NCBI RefSeq assembly: GCF_021028975.2
Contig: NC_059427.1
Span: 91,574,001-91,638,000 of the forward strand
Reading direction: 5' to 3'
Length of the DNA stretch: 64,000 nt
Source: Sphaerodactylus townsendi
Lineage: Eukaryota
Each line of letters begins with the position of its first letter. The first letter of the stretch is position 1. Below the pieces are notes generated by a model that saw only the letters and a list, made by a program, of their open reading frames with translations, did not search any database and was not told the origin of the DNA. Positions 26,167-39,300 of the stretch are shown here, one piece after another. A program made the position numbers and the translations under genes.

Positions 26167-27889
26167 TATTTAAAACATTACTATGAGTAAGGATATGCTA
26201 ACTGTAACATTTAGTTAAGGGCAAACTCATCTTGTCATTTCTGTGGCCATGTGACAACAGACATTTATTGGCCCACAAGCTTTTAGTCCTTTTGAAATAC
26301 TGGTGACAGAAGTTCTCTTCTATGCCTGTTTTTTGTACCATTTTTCAGATGGCTTCAAGGTTTGGGTCTGAGAGATTATTGTGTTACTCCTTTGCCACAT
26401 TGTGAACTGTAACAATCTGTGCTTTAACATGTAATTTAAATGCCATTCATATGAGGGTTACACATTAAAAGGTCATTTTGTTATGGATTATCAAAGGGAA
26501 ACCAAGCAATGATTTTTCTGATTGTGCTAGTCAAGAATTAGATCCCTGTTGACTCACAACTTGGTCTTGAGATCTGCATCATGTGGTCATTCTTGGTCCA
26601 AAACTCCCAAAATCATCTTGGTGTACTGGCTATATATTCCTCTTCCAGCATCCTGCCAAGTCAAAGAAGGAAGTTCAGACCCAGCCTTGCTTACCAGTGT
26701 CCCAAGTTAATGAGCAAGTTAGTTTTTTTTTAAATCCTCAGTTACTGAGGAGATTGTGTCATTAAACTGTATTGTGCCCTAAAGACCAAAGAATTTTTTT
26801 TTTATAAATAGCTCATTTCCTCTTAATAGCAACAAGGCTGCTATTTATTGCCTATTTCCCTTCAGTCAGACTGGTTGGAAGAGTTGCATTTCCTATGGAA
26901 TGCACAGGATCTTGGTGTTGTCAGGTTCCTGCAATTGTTTGACTCTGTGGACTTGTTGCACTGGAGGCTTACAACTTTCTGCCAAAGTCTGTTCTGAAAA
27001 TAGAGTCACTGCTTCAGAGAATATTACATTCATTTTCTGACCTCGTGCAGCATGTTTTGAGAAAGACAGAGATAGGTGGAAGATAAGGAACCAGTCGTCC
27101 AGGGGGTGGAAAATCACCCCCCCACACAGCCAAACACCCCTGTGCCCAGGGATTGGCAGCAGCCGCTGCGGGGCTGTTGCTGGGCCACCCTCGCCTGTTG
27201 TCCTGGGGTAGGAGACAGCCCCAGCACTTACTGCTGTCCTGGGGGAGGCTGCCTGCTGCCAGAGCCAAAGGAAAATGCCAGCGCCCGGCTGGAGGGACAC
27301 CGTGAGGGCTCCAAGGCCCGAGGAAGGGGGCCGACAGCCAAGCAGGCCCAGGAGTATGCAGGACAGCATGCAATGCTGGCACAAGCTGGCGAAGCCCAGG
27401 CAGGGGGCTAGGCTGGTCCACAGGGTGGGGCCAGCAAACAATCTGCAGGCAGGTCAGCCCTGGGTCAGGCCCAGGAGATTGGTAGGGCGCGGCTCCTGGA
27501 TTGGTGGGAGGGTCTAAGAAGAAAAGGGCAGAGCAGGGATAAAAAGGGAGGAGGCTTGGAGGCTCGAGGTGGGTGGTACAAAGGAGACGGAGGAGAGAGA
27601 GAAATGTGGAAGAAGGTCAGAAGGAAGAGGACGAGAGAGAGGAGTGTGGAGGAAGGTTGGAGGGATGAGAAGGAGGAGAGGCAAAAGGAGAGCAAGGGGA
27701 AAGGCAGCCAAGCAACCAGGCCCAGGGAAGGGGGCAGCATGTGTAGCCAAGCAGCCCTTCTGACCCCCTCCCCCACCCGAGGGAGCCAGAGAGGGGGCGG
27801 AAAACTCAGGTTTTGCTCTGAGCTCCATTTCCCCCAGATACGCCTCTGGCTTAACATCTGCTCCAGTTAAATTGATAAATATTTACTAA

Positions 27890-29200
27890 AGGTAGAATTA
27901 TTAAGCATACAGAAGAACAAGCTTGCTGAGAAAGAATCAGTATGGATTCTTTACAGGGAAGTCCTTCTGGGAACCTCTGAGAGGGTTGAAAGTATGAATA
28001 AGGGTGACCTGGTAAACATTACATCTTTTAGACTTTCAAAAAATCTTTGAGAAAGTTAAGTAACCACTCCTGAGTAAGCTCAACATGCATGGAATAAACC
28101 AGTAGATTCTGATGAATTAATAACAACAGGAAGCAGAGGGTATGAACAAACAGAAACTTCTCACTATAGAGGGGAGTAAGCAGCAACATCTACTGGAAAT
28201 CTGTACTGGGGACTGGTGCTGTTTTACATGTTCACATGCCATCTGGAATCAGGAATGTGCACTAATGTGGCTGGGTTAAGATGCCACTAAATTTTTTGGA
28301 GATGGCAAAACTCAAAACAGACTGCAATGAGTGCCAAAGTAATCTCTCCATTGAGAAACAAAACAGCAGATGAAACTCAGTTAAGTGTAAAATGATACAC
28401 TGGAGAAAACATCCTGACTTCACCTAAACACTGATGAGGCTTAAACTGATATGACTGACTAGGAAAGAGTTCATGGGTTGTGAAAATGCCACCTCAGTGT
28501 GGTCAAAAAGACAGATTCCATGTGAAGGATTATTAAAACTAGAACAATCTGAATAAGAGAGCCCTTGTACATAGTATGGCTGTGTTTGGAACTCTGTATA
28601 TAATCCTGGTCATCACATCTCAAAACAAATATTCTATTTGTTCATTTCTTTATTTGGAAGCATTGATACCCTGCCTATCCTTGTGGTTCAGAGCAGCTTA
28701 CAATATTGTAGAGACAAAAATGCTGCAGAAAATGGTTACCAAAATTATCAGGGGGTTATTATTTATTTATTTGTTTGCTTATTAGAACCTTTCTGTGTTG
28801 CCTTTCTACCCAGATAGATTCACCAAAGGAGTGAACATTAAAACACTGCAACATTAAAAAACTTTTAAAGTAAAGTATATATAAAATAATTTAATAATTG
28901 TGAGAAAAGTCTACACTATTTGGAGATTGTCAGTTCATTAAAAAAAAGAAGACTTGAGGACAGAGACATGACTGAAATTTATAGAACTATGCATAGTGTG
29001 GTGGAACTGGCTACCCCCCTCATAATAGCAGAATAGGAATTCCATAATGAAATTGATAAGCATTAGATTTGGAGCAAAAGGAGTCTTTGTCTTCAGGCAG
29101 TGCTTTTACTGCTACTAGATATCCTGACAGCCCTTAATGTAAATGGCCTTAAAAGGGGATTAAAGGAATTCATGGAGCATAGGTATAACAACTTCACTTA
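27890..29200 (+). mobile_element. Highly decayed CR1 RT/3' region
   Basis: Remnants of QHGF..GKS, LDFQKAFDKV (ttagactttcaaaaaatctttgagaaagtt) and FKRGL motifs in the expected order. Confidence 0.6.
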
Positions 29201-30704
29201 GCTAGAAAACTGGTTCCATTTGTTTATATCCTTCCTTTCTGCCCTTACAATGGTCACCAAAGCTAACAATTTAAAACACACATGATAAAACCACATTTTA
29301 AAACCGTTAAAATGAATCCCCCAAACACACAGTAAAACCAATTAAAAATAGAATTAAAATATGTACAATGACAAAAACAGCAACTCAACCTTAATTTGGC
29401 TAATGTGACTATCTGGATCTATGCTATGGTTACTTGAAGGCTATTGTGAAAGCTTTCTACACAAGTCTGTTCTTAAATACAAATTAGAAACTCCAATTGG
29501 TATAGAATGCATAATATGCATAGCACAGGTTTGAGCTAAAAATTATAAAATCTATACCAAAATAAATATATTTATTATCTAGTGTATAGAAGGAAGTCAG
29601 TTAAAAATGCAAAGCCTGAATTTTGGGCCACAGCTTCAAAAATCAGCGGAAATTGTTGGGCATATCTCAAAAACTTATTATGATACAGTTATGTATCATA
29701 GAGTTGATGACACAGTTATGTCAGTGACCAAAAAAGGACCATACACATTTGGGTTTATTCAGCCTTCTTCAGCAGCATATATACGTATTATTGTATGTAA
29801 ATGAGAAACTTTATATCATATGCTGTCTGATGCTTTCTTGTAACAAAAAACTGGATTATGTGCCATTAATACTGGCATATAATTACCAATGTTTCTAGAC
29901 GTGTGTAATATCAACAAGTGATAAAACGTAACTGCAATTAAAATTAACTGTCAAGTCCATTTCCAAATGTGTTATTTTTATAATAGTGTTTGAATGTATG
30001 ACCACTAAGGAAGGCTAGATGGTCCTTTGTTGACTGATAACATAACTGAATCATCAACAGTGTTTGACCTATGTACAACCATTTTCACTGATTTTTTAAA
30101 TTGTAGCCTGAAATTCAGGTCTTGTGTTTTTAACTAACTTCTTTGTGTACACTAGATAATAAATATATTTATTTTGGTACTGATGTTATAGTTTTCAACT
30201 CAGTCTTTGTGGTTCCTTGTATTGTCTTGGTTGAGTCTTCTTTTCCCCTTTTTGGTGTTTGGGTGAATGCGCAGAGCAGTCCAGTTCTTCAGACACCCCA
30301 CTGGTTCAGTTCAAAGTTCTAGCTATCACCTACAAAGCCTTTAATTGCAATGGATTCATGTACCTGTGGGACAGCTCTGCTCATCGGAGCAAAACCTTCT
30401 TGAAGGTGCCACCCTACAAATAGGTAAAATGGCCAGTCATTCACATTCATTCCCCTGAAGCTATCAGAAAGGCCCTCTCCTGCTTCTATTATTTTGCCAA
30501 ATATGAAAAACAAAAATGTTTAGAAGGACATTCTTACTAACTTACTTCATTCTGCATAGCTAGATAAATCTCCAGTAGCCAAAAAGAAGCTCTTCTGGGC
30601 AAGGCCCCCTTCTGGCCCCACCTAAATATGGTGGACACCACAAAAGGTATCAGCAGGCACTATGTTATCCTTGGGTATCTTGTTGGGACACATTTTATAG
30701 TATA

Positions 30705-32047
30705 CTAGCGGGGCCCGGCCACGCGTTACTGTGGCAATTGTCCTTCTCATCACAGTCCGCAACCCACACAGATGTCCATGCAGGTCCAATGATCCCCAGC
30801 ATAGCCTTTTGGGAGCAGCAGTGGCGTAGTGGCTAAGAGCAGGTGCACTCTGATCTGGAGGAACCAGGTTTGATTCCCAGCTCTGCAGCTTGAGTTGTGG
30901 AGGCTTATCTGGGGGATTCAGATTAGCCTGTGCACCCCCCACACACACCAGCAGTGTGACCTTGGGCTAGTTACAGCTTTTTGGAGCTCTCTTAGCCCCA
31001 CCCACCTCACAGGGTGTTTGTTGTGAGGGGGGAAGGGCAAGGAGGTTGTAAACCTCTTTGAATCTCCTACAGGAGAGAAAGGGGGGATATAAATACAAAC
31101 TACTACTACTACTTCTTCTTCTTTTGGGGTGGTCAAATGGAATCCCTCTTTCCCTTTTCAATTCACATTAATATATGATGCTGGCTTGGTTTTTAGTATA
31201 AGGTAATCCTTTCCATTCCACAACGGAACTGTCCACAGTGTGAATCCCACTGTCCATGAGGCTGGTTGACCCGCACAGTCCTGGCTTGGGTAAGGCAGAA
31301 CTGGGGCAAGGAGGCTATCCCAGTCAGGCAGCAGAGGCAGGGTGGTGAGGCACTCAGATCGAGGCCAGCTCCCTGGGTTTGGGGCCACGCAAGTAAAAGA
31401 AGCTGAGCCAGTAGTGTTGGTTCCTCGCCTCACCCTGGCACAGATTTTCTTAGAAGAAAAAGGCAAACTCCAGCTCGCTTTTAGTAAAAGAGAGCTGTGG
31501 CGAATATGGGTGAGGAAGTGGGTAAGTGGTGGTTGGATGTGAGGGAGGGCAGAGTGAGGTGTGTGAGGATGAAGTGGATGTGTATGAGAGTATGTGTGTT
31601 GTGTGGTAGTATTGGGTGAGGCACAGAGAGTGAAAGTTACCTGCATGTGTGTGTAGGGGGGAACCCCACGTGAAGTCTCACACGGCAAAGTGTGTATGTG
31701 TTTCACTTCCACTCGTATTACCTACCAGTATTACCTATTTACTGTTTTCACTGATCATCTCTGGCCATCTGCGCGAACATTCTAAGGACATACCAACCCC
31801 TCAGGCCACAGACAGGCTGCACGAACATTCTAAGGGTGACAGTTAAACAGAGCCAGCTTCATGGCCTGGTGCGCCAGGAAAAAGACGGTTTATCTAGCTC
31901 AGGTATGGACTTTTGGCGATTTGAAGGTCCGATTACCTGCCCGCAACAGGGAGGGATGTCATGTGAAAATTTGGGGGCAATCCGTCCAGCTGTTTCGGCG
32001 TTAGGGCAAGACCAACAAACGAATGGTTAGCTTTTTATATATATAGA
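30705..32047 (-). mobile_element. Non-autonomous Helitron
   Basis: Minus strand reads A|TCtatatatataaaa... at the 5' end and ...CTAG|T at the 3' end; hairpin gccac-8nt-gtggc (30718-30735) ~10 nt before CTAG; no TSD. Confidence 0.82.
30812..31120 (+). mobile_element. Squam3-like tRNA-derived SINE inside the Helitron
   Basis: A box tggcgtagtgg, B box ggtttgattcc, (CTA/CTT)n tail; cttttg flanks both ends. Confidence 0.85.
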
Positions 32048-32626
32048 TTGTAATACTTATTGTACATATCCCCCCTTTTTTACTACCAGTCAGTGTCTTT
32101 TACCTTTACAATCCTTTCTTCAGCATGGTTATGTCAAACTGTAGAGATCACTTCTGTTACCTGGGATCACTTTTGTTTGCTTTTATTGCTTTCTAATTCT
32201 TCAATTCTAACCCATTGCAATTTCTTGTTCAGCAGAAACCTTTGCTGTTTCACTGAATTGTTTCTATGATCTTCTGTAACCTGTTTGCTGTTTGAATGAA
32301 TTTTATTCATCATATTTTGTAACTTACCTGGAGCCTCAGTAAAAAAAAAGACTTATAATGATAAGGATGATGTTTAGATGAATCTTACATGCCTTGAGAC
32401 AGCAAAGAAGGACCTTGGTTAGGGAGTAACAGTGTGAAATAAGATGCTGATCTAGAAGGATTGCTGGTCTAATCCAGCAGGAACCTTTTAAACTATGTAA
32501 AGAAGCAAAATTGCTCATCAGCATTCCTCCCCCCCCCCCTTTGTCATGCTATTGTGAAATGTATATTAGAATCCCTGGGGCCACGTATCTCCTGAGATCT
32601 AACAAGATGCATAAAAGGAAGAATGT

Positions 32627-32797
32627 AGGGTGTCTCAATCAACTGATATAAATTATTTTTCTTACATGAATGTCAAAAAAATCTTCTGCATCTACTAACC
32701 TTTTGAACCAAGATTTTGCTTCAAAAAGTTAGTAGATGCAGAAGATTTTTTAAACATTAATGTAAGAAAAATAGTTTATTCTTTAAAGACACCTTTA
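32627..32797. repeat. AT-rich palindrome / small MITE
   Basis: ~60-bp inverted arms (32649-32707, 32720-32778) inside outer gggtgtct / agacacct ends. Confidence 0.7.
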
Positions 32798-35700
32798 AAA
32801 ATAACTTTAAGGCCCAAGCTGTTTGCTTGTTTTACGAGAAGGAAGCATTTGTTTTTTATTCAGTTGTTGTTTCTCGCTTTTAGCAGTAGCTGTTATTCTA
32901 GACTCTTTGTGTAAAGTTTTATGGGCATTTGAGGGGTGGGGGAGCAATGGCAATTCATTGAGTCATGGGGGAGGTAAGTAATCCCAAACACAAAGGCAAT
33001 TTATCTCTGTGCAAGCCACTTGGCGGATGCATCTCGACAGCTGGTTACTTTACCTCTGAGACATATATTGGTCTTTTTATTGTCTTAGTGGAGGCCATCG
33101 TTGCTGGACAACATGAGAGCTGGCTCTCAGCATTAACCCTGTCCCCTCCTTTGACTTCCCATCAGGATTCTGTCATTTGCTCTCTCAGTTATAAATTATT
33201 TACAGAGGAAATGCTGAGTCAGGATACTGAAGTTGTTGAAAATGTTGGGTGATCTATGAAACTCAATACATGTTAATTAAAAGTTTCCTGTGCTGCAGTT
33301 TTGTGTCCATGATTTTCATTTACGGGTTTGGCTGTCATTCAGAATGGGTAGGGACAGAGGAAGGAAGGTAGGGACAGAGGAAGGAAGAGGGGGGAAACCA
33401 TTAGCAGCAGTGGAACTGCCTACTTTAATCCTAAACAGTGTTAGACCCTTCTAAGTTTGTGAAGGCAGTGAGCTCAGAGAAGTATAACTGTGGTTCGGAC
33501 TGAACATTATGACATTATCAGGTCACCATTTTCCTGCCTTAATCAGTTCCACTGCAGAAAGACTAAACCTAATTAAAACATTACAAAAAGATGCTCCTTT
33601 TTTGGTGTGTACACGTGCATTTTTATTGTGTCATAGAAAGTATGCATGCACATATGACATTCATTGGAAATATTTACATACATAAAAGCAAGATAACTCA
33701 TCTTGGAAGAAGCTAAATGAAAGGGCAGCTTTGATTAAAACTGACTTAAACTGAATGCAGATGTGGCCAGTTGTGCTATCGTTCTTAGGCTGAGAGCTAA
33801 TAAATCTTTTCCAAGGTAAACTTTATGAGGCAGATCTTAAGAGACAGTCTCTGCTTCTGTTGATTCCAGTCACAGTGGATGGCATGGCTCCCTGTACTTT
33901 GTGGAGATATTTCTAAGATAAGGTTATGACCTACAATGCTCTGAATAGAATCACTTTTCTCACTGAAGATCCGGCACATTCTGTTGTGTTCCATCATGAA
34001 TGAAACTTGTCCCCTTTTAATATTCCAGCTCAGCTTGTGTCTCTCAATGTACATATGTTTTTAATTAAATAAAATGTCTGCCTGCAGCATCTGTCTAATG
34101 TGTACCTTTCTTTGCTGCTATATCTCAGTACTCTCTAAATGGTTATAGATTTTCTGTAATACTCAATGACATTTTTCCCAATAGAGGTAAACATGGTTGA
34201 AACATCATTTTCCTAACAGTTATAACAAAATAATTTGGCAATAGTCCAGCAGGGGGAAGTGTGACTTTGCTTGCATATTTTAAAACCTGTGAACTTAAAA
34301 TGCAAAATTAAAATACCAAACCTTCAGCAACATTAGGGTTTCCATGCCTTGGCTAGGGGGAAAACATGGTGTAATACTCATTCTTTTAATGTCATGAGAA
34401 GGAGAGCTTCCTCCAGCTGGTTTTATTTACATAAGACAAGTGGGTACCCACAAAGACTTGGGGGCCATCTATTTTGCCTCTATTTCCTCTTTCCAGTTTC
34501 CTAAAAGGCCCCATAGATTCTCCCCTTTTCCTGCTTTCTTCAGTTGCCAGCTCCAGGTTGGAAAATTCCTGGAGATTTGGGGGCAGAGCCTTTGGAGGGG
34601 AGGCTTGGGGAAGGAAGTGGCCTCAGTGAAGTATAATGTTCCACCTTCCAAAACAACTATTTTCTCCAGTGGAAACTGATCTCCTTTATCTGAAGGTCAG
34701 TTGTAATTCTGGGTTATCTGCAGCCCCCACTTGGAAGTTATTCCCCTGGAGGATATGGCTGTTTTGGATGATGGAGTCTATGACATTATACTGTTCTGAG
34801 ATGCTTTGGGTCTACATTGGGGGAAAGGCAGGGTATAACTGAATTAAATAAGCACATCACGACAAGGCACTTAAGGATGGTCTTACAGACTCTGTGAAAG
34901 GCCATCAGTGTTTGCACCTTTTGAACTGCCTATGGGAGAATGTCCCAGACCCAGTCCCACACTAGAGAAGCAGCTGTTCAAAAGGCCTGAGAATCACCAC
35001 AGCCAGAACATGCCTAGTGAGCAGGAGGGGCAAACAGGAATTGCAAAATTGCCAGATAGATTGGGTGAGGTCCATTTCAATCAAGTAGTATATAAATGAG
35101 ATCCCAGTTCAAAAAGGAAGTGGGCTGTTAGAATGTATTTGCATATGTTCACACAGCAGTAACACAGGCAGGAATTCAGGAAGGCACACTTTTATTTTCT
35201 TGTAAGGAAGATTCCAAAGAAGGTTTCTTTCAAGCCTGTAGCTGCTGAGTGCTAATATAGGTGACAATACAGGAAATTTCTTCTAATGACATGGGGAAAT
35301 GGGGAGAATTTTTCATTCATCTCCTGCTTAACACGTACAGATGTATTCATAATTATCCCTTGCCTGAGGGCAACAGGCACAGGTGGGTTCCAAACAGGAC
35401 TTGTATGCTTGCCAAATAGCAGAGCCTGAAAGAATGATATGTAGACAATTGGAATGCCATTTAGTGAGCAAAGCACAATAAAACTTGGAGCTCTCTTCCT
35501 GTCTCCGAGACCCATAAATTATGAAAATTGTGCCTGCCTCAGGCCATGGAGATATTGTTTTATTAAAGTTGGGGCAAAATAAACTTTTAACTGCTTGGAG
35601 TGGGGGAGAAAGTGGAAAAGGCCGGAGCAACAAGCCCAGAGGCCTCTGTGTCACAAAGCTGCTTTCTTACATTAACCCAGTTCCTCATGAGTGTGCATTT

Positions 35701-36381
35701 AAAGTCAATTTATCATTGTTTCATGCAAGAGCAATTTGAAGACTGAGATGGAAGAAGCAATGGGAAGTAGAGGAAGCTGTGAAGGCAATCCTTGGTACTC
35801 AGTAGCAGATGTCTGAGCATTTACATGCATTGCTTGCTTTTTTGGTTAGACCAGAGCCTCAGCTGTTGCTGCAGAGATGTTTGCTTTCAGTGTCATAAAA
35901 GGAAAAGAAAGTTCCTTGTTTGATAGAGCAGCAGGAGGGAGGAGACCACAAATACTTATACGGATAACAAAAGGAGTGATGAAACCTCAAAGTGATCCTC
36001 TAAAAGGAAGGCTTATTGTTATTGTTTTTTTTTAGTAATCTTTATTAAGTTTCATAAAACAGAAATTATTTAACAAATAACAAAGCAATCAAAACATCAC
36101 ATACATAGAATCATCCAATAAACTTCCATTACATAACGATTAACCAAAACACAAAAACACAACACCAACTTACAAATTTAAAAAATTACTATTCTAGTAC
36201 TATTTTCTACTTTTATACGATTTCTATTCTATTACATTTCTTCGCATTATTTAAAAGAAAGTTTCTTCCCATATTTAACAATTCTTATAGTCTTCTTACC
36301 AAACTTCTAAACCTAATATCTACCTTTCTTACATAATATAACATAAACTGGGGGGTATATCATTCTTCTTCTGATATTCCT

Positions 36382-39300
36382 TTAATATTTACATAAACTT
36401 AGAATTTCTGTTTGTCTTTTCGTTTTATCCATATAGTCTAGCAGCGGTTTCCAATCTTTAACAAAATCATCTATCATTCCATTTTTAACTATTGTTGACA
36501 ATTTGTCATATCCCATATATTCTACAATTTTGTTGATCCATTCCGTTATCTTTGGGAGTTCTTCACTTTTCCAATTTCTTGCGACCAATATTCTAGCTGC
36601 AGAAAACATATAAAGAGCAATTTTTCTATGTTCTATTTTAATATCCATACCTAACAAATTCAATAAATACATCTCTTTTTTCCTTTTAAAAGTGTATCCT
36701 AATATTTCCTGAATTATTTTATGTAATTTTTCCCAAAATTCTATTATTTTGACACAGTCCCACCAAATATGGTCATAGTTTCCTTTATCTTTATGACAAC
36801 GCCAACACAAATCAGACACGTTTGAATACATTTTTGCTAATTTCGATGGGCATAAATGCCATCTGTAGAACATTTTTATTATGTTCTCTCTCAGGTTTAT
36901 ATTTTTTGTAAATTTTATGTTTTTCCTCCAGATTTGGTCCCATTCTTCTATATATATATTTCTCCCTACTGCTTCAGCCCAAATAATCATGTTTTTTTTG
37001 ACCCTTTCTCCTTCAGTTTTTTGGGTCAGTAATAAGTCATATACTCTTCTAACCATCCCTTTTTCGCTTTTGCATAAGCTGTCCCACAATTCACCTTGTT
37101 CCAGATTAAAACCAATTCCACGGTCCTGCTTAAATTTCTCTTTCAATTGATTATAAAGAAACCAATGGCATTGTACACCGTTTACTGTTATTTCAAATCT
37201 TTCTTTCAATTTTATCTCATCTTTATCCTTCTTCAGGATCTCTGAGTATCTTTTATATTTCATATTGCTGGCATTAGGTCTCAGTATGCTTGCTTCATGT
37301 GGGGATATCCAACCTGGGGTCTTAATCAAAGTTGTCAGTTTGTACTTTTCCCAAGTTTTCCTGATAGATTTCCTTACAAAATGGTTATCAAATTGTTTGT
37401 TAACTATACATTTATTATACCAAATATAAGCGTGCCAGCCGTAGATTAAATCATGGCCTTCTAGATTCAACAGTTCAGTGTTTTCTAATGTCATCCAATC
37501 TTTGAACCACATCAAACTGGCCGCTTCAAAATATATTTGTAAATCGGGCAATCCAAGTCCCCCTCTTTCACTCTTATCACACATGTTGATGTAGCTTATA
37601 CGGGGCTTCTTCCCAGACCATACAAATTTTACAATGTCTTTTTTCCACGTTTCAAACCATTTATTTGTGATAATAATTGGTATCGTTTGGAACAGGAAAA
37701 TCATTTTGGGAAGGATGTTCATTTTTATTATGGCTATCCTGCCTAACATTGTCAATTCTAATTTCTTCCAGTTATCCAGATCTTTCCTGATTTTATTCCA
37801 GCACTTTTCATAATTGTTCTGAAACAGTAGAGAATTGTGTTTCGTCAGATAAATTCCTAAATATTTTATGACCTTTTCTGTTTTATATTCGGTTATGTCC
37901 AATATTTTTCTTTGCTGGTCTTTGGTCATATTAAACATCATAACTTTTGTTTTTATTTTATTTACCCTCAACTTTGACCATTCACTAAATTCGTCTAGGT
38001 TTTTTTGTAGGGCTTTTATCGAATTTTTTGGTTCTTCTAGCATGATGACAATATCATCAGCGAAGGATCTAACCTTATATTCAAAATTATTTACCTTAAT
38101 CCCTTTCATTTGTTTATCGTTAATTAATTTTTTGGCCAATACTTCTAATGCTAATATAAACAGAAGGGGTGATAAGGGACACCCCTGTCTGGTGCCCTTA
38201 CTGATGTTTATCCATTCTGTTAGTTCATTGTTGATTTTTATTTTTGCTCTTTGCTCCTTGTAAATTGCTCCAACCCAGTTTATAAAGTTTCCCTCACTAC
38301 TTACTCTTTCCAAAATTTTTCTTAGAAAGCTCCAGTCCAGGTTGTCAAAGGCTTTCTCCAGGTCTATAAATACAAGAATCGCTTGCTTGTCTATTCTATT
38401 ATTAAGATATTCTATCATGTCAACTATAGTTCTCACATTGTTCTTTAGATATCTTTTTGGTAGAAACCCATTTTGTTCTTTGCCAATTATACAACTTAAG
38501 GGGCCTTTTATTCTTTTAGCAAGTATTGCCGCAAATATTTTATAGTCCGAATTTAACAGGGATATAGGACGGTAGTTTCTTACCGAAGTTTTGTCTTGTC
38601 CTTCTTTTGGTAACAAGGTAATTATTGATTCTTTCCATGAATCAGGGATCTGTTTGGTTTCTTTAATATTATTCATAACTGTATATAATATTTCTATTAC
38701 TTGATCCTGAAATTTTTTATAGAAAATATTCGGCAAGCCGTCTATTCCTGGTGATTTATTCAATTTTAGTTTATGAATGGTTTCTACAATTTCATTCTTT
38801 GTTATTTCTGCATTCAGTTGGTTTTTATGTTCAACAGTAAATTGAGTAATCATATTCTTCTGAATATATTCCTGTAGTCCTTCTTCCTTACTATCTAGGC
38901 CCTTATACAGTTCTGAGTAATATTCTACAAATCTCCTTAATATATCCTCCTGTTTGGTATAGCTTTGCTTTTCTCCTTTAATTTCAACAATTCTACTTCG
39001 CTGATAATTTTTTTTAAGTCTACTTGAAAGCCACTTTCCGGGCTTATTAGCATTTTCAAAGTAATGCATTCTTGCATATTTAATTTTTTTTTCCATTTCA
39101 TTGGTCACTAACAAATCAAATTGATTCTGCAAGTTCTTCATCTCAGTCTTTAGTTTTTCATTTTGTGGATCTTTCACCAGTTCATTTTCAATTACTTGCA
39201 TTTTATTTAATAACTCCTTTTCATGCTTTACTCTTTCTTTTCTCCAGATATTGTTTTCCTTAATAAATAGGCCTCTAGCATAAGCTTTGAATGTATCCCA

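Noticed and set aside
26893-27870. Overlapping 100-180 aa ORFs
   Set aside because: GC/purine-rich interior of a probable TIR element (one terminus at ~27848, no TSD found); no recognisable domain.
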